Assembly: GCA_963695335.1 (NCBI GenBank)
Contig: OY968764.1
Location: forward strand, 1,280,001-1,344,000
Direction of reading: 5' to 3'
From: an uncultured bacterium
GTDB lineage: Bacteria > Babelota > Babeliae > Babelales > Vermiphilaceae
Length of the DNA stretch: 64,000 nt
In this document: positions 1 to 9,752 of the stretch, in pieces
Layout of the letters: each line of letters begins with the position of its first letter
Numbering within the stretch: the stretch's first letter is position 1
Translations under genes and position numbers: made by a program
Notes under the pieces: generated by a model
Seen by the model: only the letters and a program-made list of their open reading frames with translations
Told to the model about the DNA's origin: nothing
Databases searched by the model: none

Positions 1-627
1 CAAAAAGATTTTAACACATGCATTGCAACATGCATGCAATACCTCTCACCAAAAGAAACAGATAAAACCAAAAGAGATACTACATATACAATACTTAAAA
101 GGCTTACGCTAAAACACGGGCACTATACTATAGTACCTCTCTTACGTAATAAATCTGATAGAAAAAATCTTATCAAACAACTCATTACTCTACAAATTAA
201 ACATAAAAGACATAGCAGCAATTTTGTGATTGAAGATGAACTTATCACACAACATCTGACATCGGGAGAAAATGATCAATCACCTATTGCCATTGCCGAT
301 ATATATCAAATGATTGCCAATAAAAAAGGAAATACATTATCGCATCTCGTTGTAACATCACAAGATCCAGATGAATTATGGAAGCTTATTACCAAAGAAT
401 ATGTGTCTCCATTCCCAAATAAAGAGGAAAAAACCGTTCTCAATCTTGCACACGCATATTTCCAATCATTCAGCAAAGATGCAGCATCATTTGATATATA
501 TCGAGAAGAATCTCAGCATGCTCGTTGCTGCTTATTCATGCTTCTCAATTATATCAAGTCAAAGCAAAACAATCAGGAACTTGCAACATTTACACCATGC
601 TGCGATAAACATACTGTAAAAAAATAA
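1..627 (+). CDS. Hypothetical protein, paralog family A (5'-partial)
   Basis: Frame is open from base 1 (QKDFNTCIATCMQ, matching DDFDLCLATCVKH of 656..1660). Shares GNTLSH, CCLFMLL.YIKS and CCDKH motifs. Confidence 0.85.
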   Translation, partial: QKDFNTCIATCMQYLSPKETDKTKRDTTYTILKRLTLKHGHYTIVPLLRNKSDRKNLIKQLITLQIKHKRHSSNFVIEDELITQHLTSGENDQSPIAIADIYQMIANKKGNTLSHLVVTSQDPDELWKLITKEYVSPFPNKEEKTVLNLAHAYFQSFSKDAASFDIYREESQHARCCLFMLLNYIKSKQNNQELATFTPCCDKHTVKK

Positions 628-655
628 TTTATATCTTCAACAAAAGGACATTCTC

Positions 656-1660
656 ATGAAGCGCACACAACTCTTTTCCTGTTTACTTTTCACCGCAATT
701 ACAACTCACTGCATGGAGGACAAGCCACAAAAACAAGAACTTGCAAATCCTTGGAAAGCAATTGATTGCCAAGTCATTGAAAAAAGCCTCACAGACGACT
801 ATCATAACTATCTCAAAAACCGTTTGGAAGAATATAAAAAGGTTGATTTTACCCCTGAAAATATGATTCATCTGATATCTACAGGTATTTTTATAACAGG
901 AGATAAATACATAGGTCTTCCTTATAATGTTATCCGTGATGAAAACAATGATACTTTCCATAATATCGCAGTTAAACAACAAAATTTACCGGTCATTAAT
1001 TACTGTGTAAAAGGACATGGGTTTCATTGCATCACTCGTGATGACTTTGATCTATGTCTTGCAACATGCGTCAAACATCTTCACCCAGAGAAAACTGATG
1101 CAACCGAAAAAACAACAGCCTATGAAATTATTAAAACACTCTGCACAAAACAAGGACCTAATGCGTCTATTTTTACTTTACGCGAAAAATCTTGCAGAGA
1201 AAATCTTATCAAGCAACTCATCTTGCTCCAAATCAAACATAAAAAATATAAGAGTGATTTTGTGATTGAAGATGAACTTATTGCGCAACACCTGACATCA
1301 GGGGAAAATGATCAATCGCCTATTGTGCTAACAGATATGTATCAAACGGTTGCTAATAAAAAAGGAAATACATTATCTCATATAGTTGTAGAGTTACAAA
1401 ACCCAGATGAGCTGCATCAACTTATTACCAAAAACTATATATCACCTGCTATAAATAAAACAAATGATACCGTACTCGATATTGCATTGTGGCACTTCCA
1501 AGACTTTACTCATAACATATCTTCACTTGATGCGCATAAACCGCAAGCAGATCAATCACGATGCTGTTTATTTATGCTACTTAGCTATATTAAGTCAAAA
1601 CAGAACGGCATATTAGACAAAAGTCAGCAATGTTGCGATAAACATCCTATAGCATTATAA
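656..1660 (+). CDS. Secreted hypothetical protein, paralog family A (degenerate ankyrin-like)
   Basis: 334 aa ORF, AAAGGA RBS, signal peptide ending THC-ME, ankyrin-like NDTFHNIAV and GNTLSHIVV segments. Confidence 0.85.
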   Translation: MKRTQLFSCLLFTAITTHCMEDKPQKQELANPWKAIDCQVIEKSLTDDYHNYLKNRLEEYKKVDFTPENMIHLISTGIFITGDKYIGLPYNVIRDENNDTFHNIAVKQQNLPVINYCVKGHGFHCITRDDFDLCLATCVKHLHPEKTDATEKTTAYEIIKTLCTKQGPNASIFTLREKSCRENLIKQLILLQIKHKKYKSDFVIEDELIAQHLTSGENDQSPIVLTDMYQTVANKKGNTLSHIVVELQNPDELHQLITKNYISPAINKTNDTVLDIALWHFQDFTHNISSLDAHKPQADQSRCCLFMLLSYIKSKQNGILDKSQQCCDKHPIAL

Positions 1661-2303
1661 AACCAACAGCTTCCCATAAAAGAAACACAACAAAAAGGTA
1701 CTTCTGATGAAAAATACACAACTCTTTTTCTATTTACTTTTCATAACAATCACAACTCATTGCATGGAACCCAATCCTTGGGCAGCCATTGATTGCCACA
1801 AAATCGAACAAACCTTATTTACTGATTACCGTAATTATTGCGCTGGACAACTTGAAGAATACAAGCAAACTACTTTTACGCCGCAACATATGAAACATAT
1901 AGAAGATATGGCAATCACGTATACGGGATACAATCATTATAAATCAACTCTCTATGATGTGCGTGATAAAGAAGATAATTGTTTTCCACATATTGCAATT
2001 CAAAAATTTGATTTACCAACACTTACATGGCTTGTAAGACAAAGAATATATTATCCAAAAAACAAACAGGGCAAAGGGTTTATCGAAGTATGCATTGATC
2101 ATTTATCCCCCCACAACAATATTGACGCTGAAAAGAAACAAATCGCATATGCTATGCTCAACACTATTATAACAAATTACGGCAAGAGGTTAGGCATTTC
2201 GCTCAGAAAACCAATTGTAGAAAATCTTATTGCGCTACAAATCGAACACAGAAAACAACACAACAACAATGTTTTAGCTGACATTGTATTGACACCATTA
2301 CTA

Positions 2304-3153
2304 GGTTCTGTTGAGTTTTTGAAAAGATAAGTTTTGAAGTATGATAACACCGAAAAAGCAAAAACCAAATCACTAAAACGGTGCTATCATGAAAAAAGAG
2401 TATATCAGCGAAATGGCCTGGAGCAAAATTTTTAATTTTTTAAAACAGCAAAAAAACATTTATATAAAAGAAGAAAAGGACTGTAAAAAGTTTATAGAAG
2501 GGACATTTTGGATGGCAAGAACAGGAGCACAATGGAGAGAGTTGCCGGAAAAATATGGAAATTGGAATAGTGTGTTCAGCAGATTTAATGCTTGGTCAAA
2601 AAAACATATTTGGGAAAAATTACTCAGTTTTTGTGCAGAGGATCCCGATATGGAATATGTAATGATTGATGCCACGATAGTCCGCGCACATGCCTGTTCT
2701 GCTGGATATGATCAATTTAAAAATGAAGGACTGGGAAGAAGTAAAGGTGGTTTTACAAGTAAGATACATGCAACAGTAGATGCTTTAGGCAATCCTTTAA
2801 GATTTGTTATTACTCCTGGTCAGCGTAATGATATTACTCAGGCTGATATTTTATTAAAAGATATTTCTGAATCATATGTAATAGCGGATAAAGGATATGA
2901 TTCCACTGAATTACGTTCGAAATTAATAGAAAAAAATTGTGTTCCCGTTATTCCTCCAAGATCCAATCGTAAAGAACAATATCAATATGATGAACATCTA
3001 TATAAAGAGAGACATGCGATTGAATGCTTGTTTTCAAAGATAAAACACTTTAGAAGAGTGTTTGCTCGTTTTGATAAATCGGCACGAAATTTTTTATCTT
3101 TTCTTTCTTTTGTGGGAACTTGCATATGGTTACGATGAAAACTCAACAGAACC
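2304..3153 (+). mobile_element. IS5-family insertion sequence (850 bp)
   Basis: Perfect 16-bp TIRs GGTTCTGTTGAGTTTT (2304-2319) and AAAACTCAACAGAACC (3138-3153). TA duplication at 2302-2303 and 3154-3155 within a CTAG target. Confidence 0.95.
2389..3138 (+). CDS. IS5-family DDE transposase (IS427/IS1031-like)
   Basis: RTGAQWRELP, IDATIVRAH, GRSKGG.TSKIH, ADKGYD and YKERHAIE motifs in a single uninterrupted ORF. Confidence 0.95.
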   Translation: MKKEYISEMAWSKIFNFLKQQKNIYIKEEKDCKKFIEGTFWMARTGAQWRELPEKYGNWNSVFSRFNAWSKKHIWEKLLSFCAEDPDMEYVMIDATIVRAHACSAGYDQFKNEGLGRSKGGFTSKIHATVDALGNPLRFVITPGQRNDITQADILLKDISESYVIADKGYDSTELRSKLIEKNCVPVIPPRSNRKEQYQYDEHLYKERHAIECLFSKIKHFRRVFARFDKSARNFLSFLSFVGTCIWLR

Positions 3154-3562
3154 TAGCCGAAGGTCCAAACAATGGTCGTGCAACTATTGATTTACCAACA
3201 TTATACCGACAAGTAACTGATAGCAACGGAAACACGCTCTCTCATATCATTGCTGCCTACGCAAATGATGCAGATGAACTGTATCAACTCATAAAAAATA
3301 ACTCTGTATCTCCTGCACCAAATACAGCTGGTAAAACTATTGTTGACCTTGCCTTGGCAAAGTTTCGATCATATACGAATGAGCCATTTGAATACTTGGA
3401 TCTGTTACCAATAGACAAACCATTTAACAGCAGTCGGTGCTGTTTATTTATGTTGCTCAAGTACATTAAATCACAACAAGATGGTAAGTTAACTGATAAT
3501 TACACATGTTGTGATAAACATGTTATAACAATCTAACCGCAAAAACTGTTATGTAACATTAT

Positions 3563-3605
3563 AAAAAAAGAAATTGTGAATAATATATTCGCAATTTCTT
3601 TTTTT
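3563..3605 (+). terminator. Probable rho-independent terminator
   Basis: AAGAAATTGTGAA/TTCGCAATTTCTT hairpin with T-run downstream of the family A cluster. Confidence 0.6.
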
Positions 3606-3663
3606 ACTTTTTTATCCTCTTTTTTAATAGATCTTCTCAAGTATCATTAAAAAGGGGGCGCCT

Positions 3664-4116
3664 ATGAAATATATCAGAGTATATACATCTTTCATGCTAT
3701 TTTTACTATCGTCATCTACAGGAATGCAAAATATACACTTTAAAGAGCAACTGAGTGAAATAGAAAAATTAATTGTCTTGCATAAAATGAAACATGCTAG
3801 TCATAAAATAGATTTTAATGCTGCACACATCTTTGATGCACCAATAATAACAAAAATTGAAAAAGATCGAACTGATGATTTTGCTACTTTGATTATGGAA
3901 ACTATCAAAGAGCAAGAAAAAGAACTGGGGTACGTACCAGAACAAATATCTGAAAAAATAGATGGGGTATGGCACCTTACCATACCCACCAATTATATCG
4001 GCAAGTACACACGTTATTATCATACAAAAGATTTTGCAGGGGAGTATATTGAACTGCATTCAACGTTTATCTATCAACCAGCCGTACTAGAAGTGCTTAA
4101 CAATTATTCCTCATAA
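3664..4116 (+). CDS. Secreted hypothetical protein
   Basis: 150 aa ORF with G-rich RBS and signal-like N-terminus ending STG-MQ. Confidence 0.7.
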   Translation: MKYIRVYTSFMLFLLSSSTGMQNIHFKEQLSEIEKLIVLHKMKHASHKIDFNAAHIFDAPIITKIEKDRTDDFATLIMETIKEQEKELGYVPEQISEKIDGVWHLTIPTNYIGKYTRYYHTKDFAGEYIELHSTFIYQPAVLEVLNNYSS

Positions 4117-4190
4117 AAAACTCATGTTATCTTTTAAAAGACAATGAAGAATGCTATGATGTGCAGAAAAATTATAAAAAAAGGATCGGT

Positions 4191-4652
4191 ATGTGTAAAA
4201 AGATTATAAATTGGACTATGCACAATTCTCCTACATTGCAACACCTTGGCCTCACCATAATCCGCATCGGGTTTGGTATCACATTAACTATATTTGGTTA
4301 CAACAAACTCTTTTCAGGCAGCGCTAACCTAACACAAATTGGTAGCGCAATGTCATTTTTTGGTATCACCCATGGATATGTAATCTGGGGATATCTTGCA
4401 GCACTCACAGAACTGTGCGGTGGTTTTGCATATGCAATTGGCCTTTGGACACGCATTGCCTCTTTACCTCTTATCTGGCTTTTGATTGTCGCAATCAGAT
4501 TTCATCTGCAAAGAGGTGATGCATTTACTGTATGGGCGTTTCCAGTTACTTGTTTGTGCATTGTTATTGGATTTTTGATTGCAGGAAGTGGTGTTTACTC
4601 TGCTGATTATGTTCTTTACGCGCAAGCGCATAATAAGAATCACGATTTTTAA
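4191..4652 (+). CDS. DoxX family membrane protein
   Basis: IRIGFG...GYNKL, E..GG...IGLWTR and GSGVYSADY motifs, four hydrophobic segments. Start uncertain (4161/4191/4218). Confidence 0.85.
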   Translation: MCKKIINWTMHNSPTLQHLGLTIIRIGFGITLTIFGYNKLFSGSANLTQIGSAMSFFGITHGYVIWGYLAALTELCGGFAYAIGLWTRIASLPLIWLLIVAIRFHLQRGDAFTVWAFPVTCLCIVIGFLIAGSGVYSADYVLYAQAHNKNHDF

Positions 4653-4736
4653 CTATCGTTTTTTTAATCCTCCAGCATGAACTGTTGAAAAATTAATCAA
4701 AAAAACAGCAAACACATGCAATCAAAAGGTTTATTC

Positions 4737-5690
4737 ATGCATAAATATAATCTTCTCATTACCCTCACATCCCTTGTTACCGCATCCATACTAGCAATGG
4801 AACAAGAACAAAAAAACATACAACTTCAAAAAACAGAAAAATCTCGTTGTAAAATTTCTGAACTTCTAGAAAATCCTCGTACCCCAAAACGCCTTATAAT
4901 GGAAATTAACAATTTACTAGAGAACAAAAACTTTACTCTTGATGCTCATTCTGTTGATTCAAAAACGCATCCATTCGAGATAAAAGTTGCTTTTTATAAT
5001 GATAACATGGAACATGCATTAACGTATAAAATGCCACATGATTATCCATTTTATGCTCCTATTCTTTCATCTCTTGAAACGAGCAATACCATGCTTACAA
5101 CACAAGACTTGATCGCCATTAAAAAAAAATTTAATGATGATCTTAAACAAATCTGGAATCCCGCACGACGAATGACTGAAATAGTTGCGATGACTCATAA
5201 ACACATAAGTTCCTATGAAGATCAAAAAATAGCATCTCAACGAGTTGCTCAAGGTTATGAAAGAACGTTACCTCAGATAAAAGAAAAATATCAAACGACC
5301 AATGTCTATGTAAATAGCCAATATCCAGAATTTCAAGAAAAATTACATGGGCTTTGGATTAAAGAAATGCCAAGCGGATATTTTGTATTTCATGTCGAAT
5401 ATAATTACATAAATATAGCTTTTGAACCTAAGTACATAGGTGCAGAACCTCTATCATACCATGGATACTGTGCTGTGGGGTATCACGAGACACATAATAA
5501 CCAATTTCATATACACATAAGTGATACCAATGATTCAGGAAAAATAAATGCCTTTAAAATCTTTGTATACTCTGATCATATTTCAATCATATTTAACTCT
5601 CTACAACACGATTCAATCTTAAACGCCATCATATCTCAACTCAAAATGGATGATGTTATTGGAGAACGCATGGATTTAATAAAAATATAA
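4737..5690 (+). CDS. Secreted protein with ubiquitin-conjugating (E2/UBC/RWD)-like domain, catalytic Cys absent
   Basis: KRLIMEINNL, MPHDYPFYAP and WNPARRMTEIV align by eye with E2 motifs KRI.KEL, FPTDYPFKPP and WSPALTISKV. Start placed by RBS and by homology with the 5' end of 5774. Confidence 0.6.
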   Translation: MHKYNLLITLTSLVTASILAMEQEQKNIQLQKTEKSRCKISELLENPRTPKRLIMEINNLLENKNFTLDAHSVDSKTHPFEIKVAFYNDNMEHALTYKMPHDYPFYAPILSSLETSNTMLTTQDLIAIKKKFNDDLKQIWNPARRMTEIVAMTHKHISSYEDQKIASQRVAQGYERTLPQIKEKYQTTNVYVNSQYPEFQEKLHGLWIKEMPSGYFVFHVEYNYINIAFEPKYIGAEPLSYHGYCAVGYHETHNNQFHIHISDTNDSGKINAFKIFVYSDHISIIFNSLQHDSILNAIISQLKMDDVIGERMDLIKI

Positions 5691-5773
5691 TAGTTCATCT
5701 TTGTCTCATTGCCTTTTTAGATAAAAAATATAACCTTATACTTAAAAAAATAATCATAATAAAAGGTTTATTC

Positions 5774-6928
5774 ATGCATACATATCATCTTCTCATTATC
5801 CTCACATCAGTTGTTACTACATCTACTATGACAATGGAAGACTACCAACTTGATTTAGCTCATATAAAAAGGCTACAACGCAAATATATTGGAAAACATG
5901 GTTGGACAGTAAAAACAGACAAGAACGGAAAATACTCTGTATGCATAGATTGTAGTGATGGTCAAGGTGAGTTCTATGCAAAAACACAAGTTATTCGCGA
6001 ATTCAAAGAATATCAAAACACTCAATTCTTACTACAATTAGATACTACAAACAAATCCATAATCAGCGATGATAATGATGTGCACATTATTGACATGCAA
6101 ACTGGCGAGGCTCAAGAAACTCTATCTGGTCATACAGATCTTGTCCATTGTTGCGCACATACCGATTACCGCCACATACTCGTTACAGGCTCCAATGATA
6201 CAACAATTAAATTGTGGAATATAAAAAATAATCAATGCATGCGAACATTGCATAGCCATAAACACTATGTAACAAATGTTGCTTCAAAAGGAAATACTAT
6301 CACTTCAACAGACAGAGAGCCTTGCTTAAAATTATGGGATATGTCATCTGCCAAAACATTTCATACAAAACTCTTTATTGATAAAAGTAATGAGCATCAT
6401 ATGCCTACGAGCCTCATGATGCATAACAACCTTATATATGTAGGACTCACAAAGGGGATAATCACAATAATTGATCCACGATCAACAATATCAGTCTATG
6501 AAGGAACTACCCACGCAGGCCCTGTTGAATGCCTTACTCCATGCACAAATAATAATGATGTATTCTATTCTGGATCATCAGATCAAACGGTCAAACAATG
6601 GGATCTTCGTCGTCCTAATGCTCCCACCAAAATATTACATAAAAAAAATAATCCTGATAACCAAAAATATAGTATTCAAAATGTCTATGAAGATCATAAT
6701 GGTAAAAAAATATTTTCATCGGACAAAAATAGAATCTATATATGGGATGTTTCCACAGAAGAACCAAAAATAGTAACCACAAAAAAATTTGATCATGCTA
6801 TTTACCCCAACTGCATGCGCATGAATAATGATGAAACTGAGCTGTATATTGGCACAAAAGAAGGTATAAAAACCCTCACTCCCGCACTCAGCTTTGAACA
6901 ACTTGCTGCATTAGCGGAACAAAAATAA
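5774..6928 (+). CDS. Secreted WD40-repeat protein
   Basis: GHTDLVHC..TGSNDTTIKLWN, HAGPVECL..SGSSDQTVKQWD, KLWD and IYIWD repeats. Confidence 0.9.
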   Translation: MHTYHLLIILTSVVTTSTMTMEDYQLDLAHIKRLQRKYIGKHGWTVKTDKNGKYSVCIDCSDGQGEFYAKTQVIREFKEYQNTQFLLQLDTTNKSIISDDNDVHIIDMQTGEAQETLSGHTDLVHCCAHTDYRHILVTGSNDTTIKLWNIKNNQCMRTLHSHKHYVTNVASKGNTITSTDREPCLKLWDMSSAKTFHTKLFIDKSNEHHMPTSLMMHNNLIYVGLTKGIITIIDPRSTISVYEGTTHAGPVECLTPCTNNNDVFYSGSSDQTVKQWDLRRPNAPTKILHKKNNPDNQKYSIQNVYEDHNGKKIFSSDKNRIYIWDVSTEEPKIVTTKKFDHAIYPNCMRMNNDETELYIGTKEGIKTLTPALSFEQLAALAEQK

Positions 6929-7010
6929 ACAACCCAAATGATTGCTTTTTAGCGATCTCAACTGGCATACTCTAATTGAAATATAAAATAATCAATAAAG
7001 GATAAATGCC

Positions 7011-7415
7011 ATGAAAAACCATTGTCTTATAATAGCAATCACTCTTTCCATGGGAATATTTTCACACAACTTCGGCTCAGAAACATCAAGCATAACAGGT
7101 TCATCGCTTATCAGCTGGACCCAAACCGGCTTATATAACATCTACCAAGGAATGATCAGCTCTGTTACTGGATTAATCAACATACCATATTCAATCATGA
7201 ATACCGTTTCGGCATGGAGCGAGCAAAAACAAATATTTATTACAACCGCAGCAGTCGCAACACTCTTGGCTGTATACCAAAAAGAAGTTATTAAAAAATG
7301 GCTTAATGACATGGTAGAACGGCTTACTACCCCAAAAGAAACCCGACGACTATTACGAGACGTCAACGTTGAAGAAATTCCTTGGGATGAAAATTACGAG
7401 AAAAGAGTTAAGTGA
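7011..7415 (+). CDS. Hypothetical membrane/secreted protein
   Basis: 134 aa ORF with AAGGA RBS, signal-like N-terminus and a second hydrophobic segment. Confidence 0.65.
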   Translation: MKNHCLIIAITLSMGIFSHNFGSETSSITGSSLISWTQTGLYNIYQGMISSVTGLINIPYSIMNTVSAWSEQKQIFITTAAVATLLAVYQKEVIKKWLNDMVERLTTPKETRRLLRDVNVEEIPWDENYEKRVK

Positions 7416-7530
7416 GCATTACAATAACCAGAAGCTAACTTGCTTTACCCTGCTATTTATATACACTAAAGTTATGCACAATAGGGAATATTACTTCACA
7501 CAGATATAACACAACAAAAGGACTTTTTTT

Positions 7531-7920
7531 ATGTTGAAAAAAATAGCATTAAGCATGTTAGTTACTGCATCTACAATAACAACTGCACAAATCAGCCTTG
7601 ATCTTAATCTAACAATAAACAGTCAAGGCATGCAACACAACATACCAGGCTCTATCACTATTGATGAAGGAATGATTGTACCAGTTGAATTCAATGGTGT
7701 TGATGGATTAATCGTTGGTTTACGTGCACAAAAAAATAATGATAATGTTATTATTGATGCACAATTTTTCCAAAAAGTAGAAAATGATGAACTTGCAGCG
7801 GTTAGTGACGTTTTCCATGTAGAAACAACGTTTAATGAAGCTGCTTCTATAACAGTGAGCAACCCTGAAGATGATAGCGCATCTCTTGTTCTTACTATCA
7901 CTCCTACACAATCAGAATAA
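7531..7920 (+). CDS. Secreted beta-rich hypothetical protein
   Basis: 129 aa, Sec-type signal peptide (TTA-Q), alternating beta-strand pattern. Confidence 0.7.
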   Translation: MLKKIALSMLVTASTITTAQISLDLNLTINSQGMQHNIPGSITIDEGMIVPVEFNGVDGLIVGLRAQKNNDNVIIDAQFFQKVENDELAAVSDVFHVETTFNEAASITVSNPEDDSASLVLTITPTQSE

Positions 7921-7957
7921 GATTATTTTCCCCTATTTTGCTTTTAAGAAAAAACAT

Positions 7958-7990
7958 AGGTCCTGAGGAATAACTCCCGGACCTTGTTTT
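7958..7990. terminator. Probable bidirectional terminator
   Basis: AGGTCC...GGACCT hairpin flanked by A and T runs between convergent genes. Confidence 0.5.
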
Positions 7991-9445
7991 TTACCAATTT
8001 CTTGGATCTACAATCTGTGTACAGGTAATGATATCATCAAAATATGCTCGCTTAATTAATGCATCGTCAGCGCCCTCATTACAAATAAGTACTTTATGAA
8101 TTGTCTTATTTCCTTTATTAGGAAACAAAGACAATTTTTTTTCAAACTCTGCAATAACACTGGTCCCAACTTTACCCTGCAAATATTTGATCTCACAAAT
8201 GGTGTACACATTGTCAGCTCTATCAAAAATAAGATCAATCTGATATCCCGGATTTTCCTTATCAGTTGCGCGACTAAAAAAAACTCCTGAACGATAATGC
8301 ACACCCGAAAAATACAAAATCTTAGCAAGCACATAATGATATTTACGACAAAAACGCTCAAAAGCAAAACCTAGCCATTTGATATAACTATCCACTTTAA
8401 GTGCTGCTTTTGGATTACGATTATACGCGCCACTCTCTATATTTTGTTGTAACGGCTTGATGAATTTACAATAAAAATGTAGGTAATTATCATCAATTGC
8501 ATATCGGGTCAACAGCGTATTCTCTTCTAGATTAAACGGATAATAATGTGTAATAAAACCAGATTTTTCTAAATCTAATAACACATTAGTTAAACTACCC
8601 CCAGAAGATACATCAAGTAAATCAACTAATTCAGCCCGTGTTGCAAATTTTTTATTACTCAAAATATCAATAATAGCGCGATAATGTTTATTGTTGGACA
8701 TACTACTCGTGAAAATACGCTCATACTCACGCGCAAAAAAACTTCCTGACACAAAAGAATTGATACATAAACTGATAAATACTGATGATTCTTTATTGAT
8801 CCATTTTAGATATTCTGGAACGCCACCAATTGTTAAATACGCATCAAAAACTTCTCGATTACTTCGTTTTTTAAGAAATTCTTTTGCTTCATACACAGTA
8901 AATTCTTTAAGATGAAATTCATACTGCGAGCGATTATATAATGCCTTGGAATGAATTACATGATCGATCATAAATGATGGCGCTGAACCACACAAAATAA
9001 TGATAAGTTTGGGATTATGGCGAAAAAAATTATCCCAGACATATTTAAGTTCAGCAATCAACGCATCATCATAATGCGCTAGCCACTGCAACTCTTCCAA
9101 ATAAATGGTCCACGTGCCTTTACGTGTATATTCATACAAAATCTCAAAAAACTCACGCCAACTTTCTACCACCGTTTTAGCTAATAGTTTGCTCTCTGTA
9201 TATGTGGCCAACTGATTCATCACATGAGCCAACTGTTCTTTCTGAGAGAACCCTTCTATCCCCTCAAATTTAAGTAATTTCCTATTTCTAAACGCCTGCT
9301 CACACAATTCTGTTTTTCCAATTCGCCTGCGGCCATACATAATAATAATTGATGCCTCTCCTGATGCACCAATCTTATGCAAACGCTCCAACTCATCGAC
9401 TCTTCCAACGAAATTTTTTTTTGTTTTTATGCGCAATGGTTTCAT
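7991..9445 (-). CDS. AAA ATPase (archaeal-type ATPase_2) with C-terminal PD-(D/E)xK (DUF234-like) domain
   Basis: FVGR..EL, Walker A GRRRIGKT, ILCGS, TIGGVPEYL, G.AFE..C and QIDL...ICEIK motifs. Confidence 0.85.
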   Translation of the reverse strand: MKPLRIKTKKNFVGRVDELERLHKIGASGEASIIIMYGRRRIGKTELCEQAFRNRKLLKFEGIEGFSQKEQLAHVMNQLATYTESKLLAKTVVESWREFFEILYEYTRKGTWTIYLEELQWLAHYDDALIAELKYVWDNFFRHNPKLIIILCGSAPSFMIDHVIHSKALYNRSQYEFHLKEFTVYEAKEFLKKRSNREVFDAYLTIGGVPEYLKWINKESSVFISLCINSFVSGSFFAREYERIFTSSMSNNKHYRAIIDILSNKKFATRAELVDLLDVSSGGSLTNVLLDLEKSGFITHYYPFNLEENTLLTRYAIDDNYLHFYCKFIKPLQQNIESGAYNRNPKAALKVDSYIKWLGFAFERFCRKYHYVLAKILYFSGVHYRSGVFFSRATDKENPGYQIDLIFDRADNVYTICEIKYLQGKVGTSVIAEFEKKLSLFPNKGNKTIHKVLICNEGADDALIKRAYFDDIITCTQIVDPRNW

Positions 9446-9504
9446 AAAAAATACTCCTTATTTTTCCAACTAACTATATTTTATCATCTATTTGGCTAAA
9501 ATTA

Positions 9505-9752
9505 CAATAAAAAATTGAGCCAAATAGGCCATATTCATAACCTATTTGGCTCAAAATTAGCGATCCCCCTAAAAACAGATTAGTAAGACTAGACACATCT
9601 TGCATAGATAAAAGCAAATCTTTAAAATTCTTTTGATTAACACGACTCAATCGCTATTAAATAAAAAATTCTGCAATTTGGAAGCAATAATTCCAAATTG
9701 CAGAAAATATAGGTTTGAAGCGATTCAATCACACTATTCTTTGTTCTTATTG
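9505..9752. repeat. Intergenic duplicated segment (copy at about 18976-19173)
   Basis: Shares the AGCCAA.TAGG..CCTATTTGGCT repeat, ACACGACTCAAT, the TTCTGCAATTTG...CAAATTGCAGAA hairpin and CGATTCAATC.CACTATTCT with the second copy. Confidence 0.8.

Larger units (their letters stand above)
1707..3536 (+). pseudogene. Paralog family A gene interrupted by an IS5-family element
   Basis: Removing 2304..3153 and one TA rejoins ...LTPLL|AEGPNNGR... in frame, giving about 325 aa homologous to 656..1660. Confidence 0.92.

Noticed and set aside
3120..3536. Independent 138-aa gene
   Set aside because: It is the 3' half of the IS-interrupted gene. Its apparent N-terminus comes from the IS right end.
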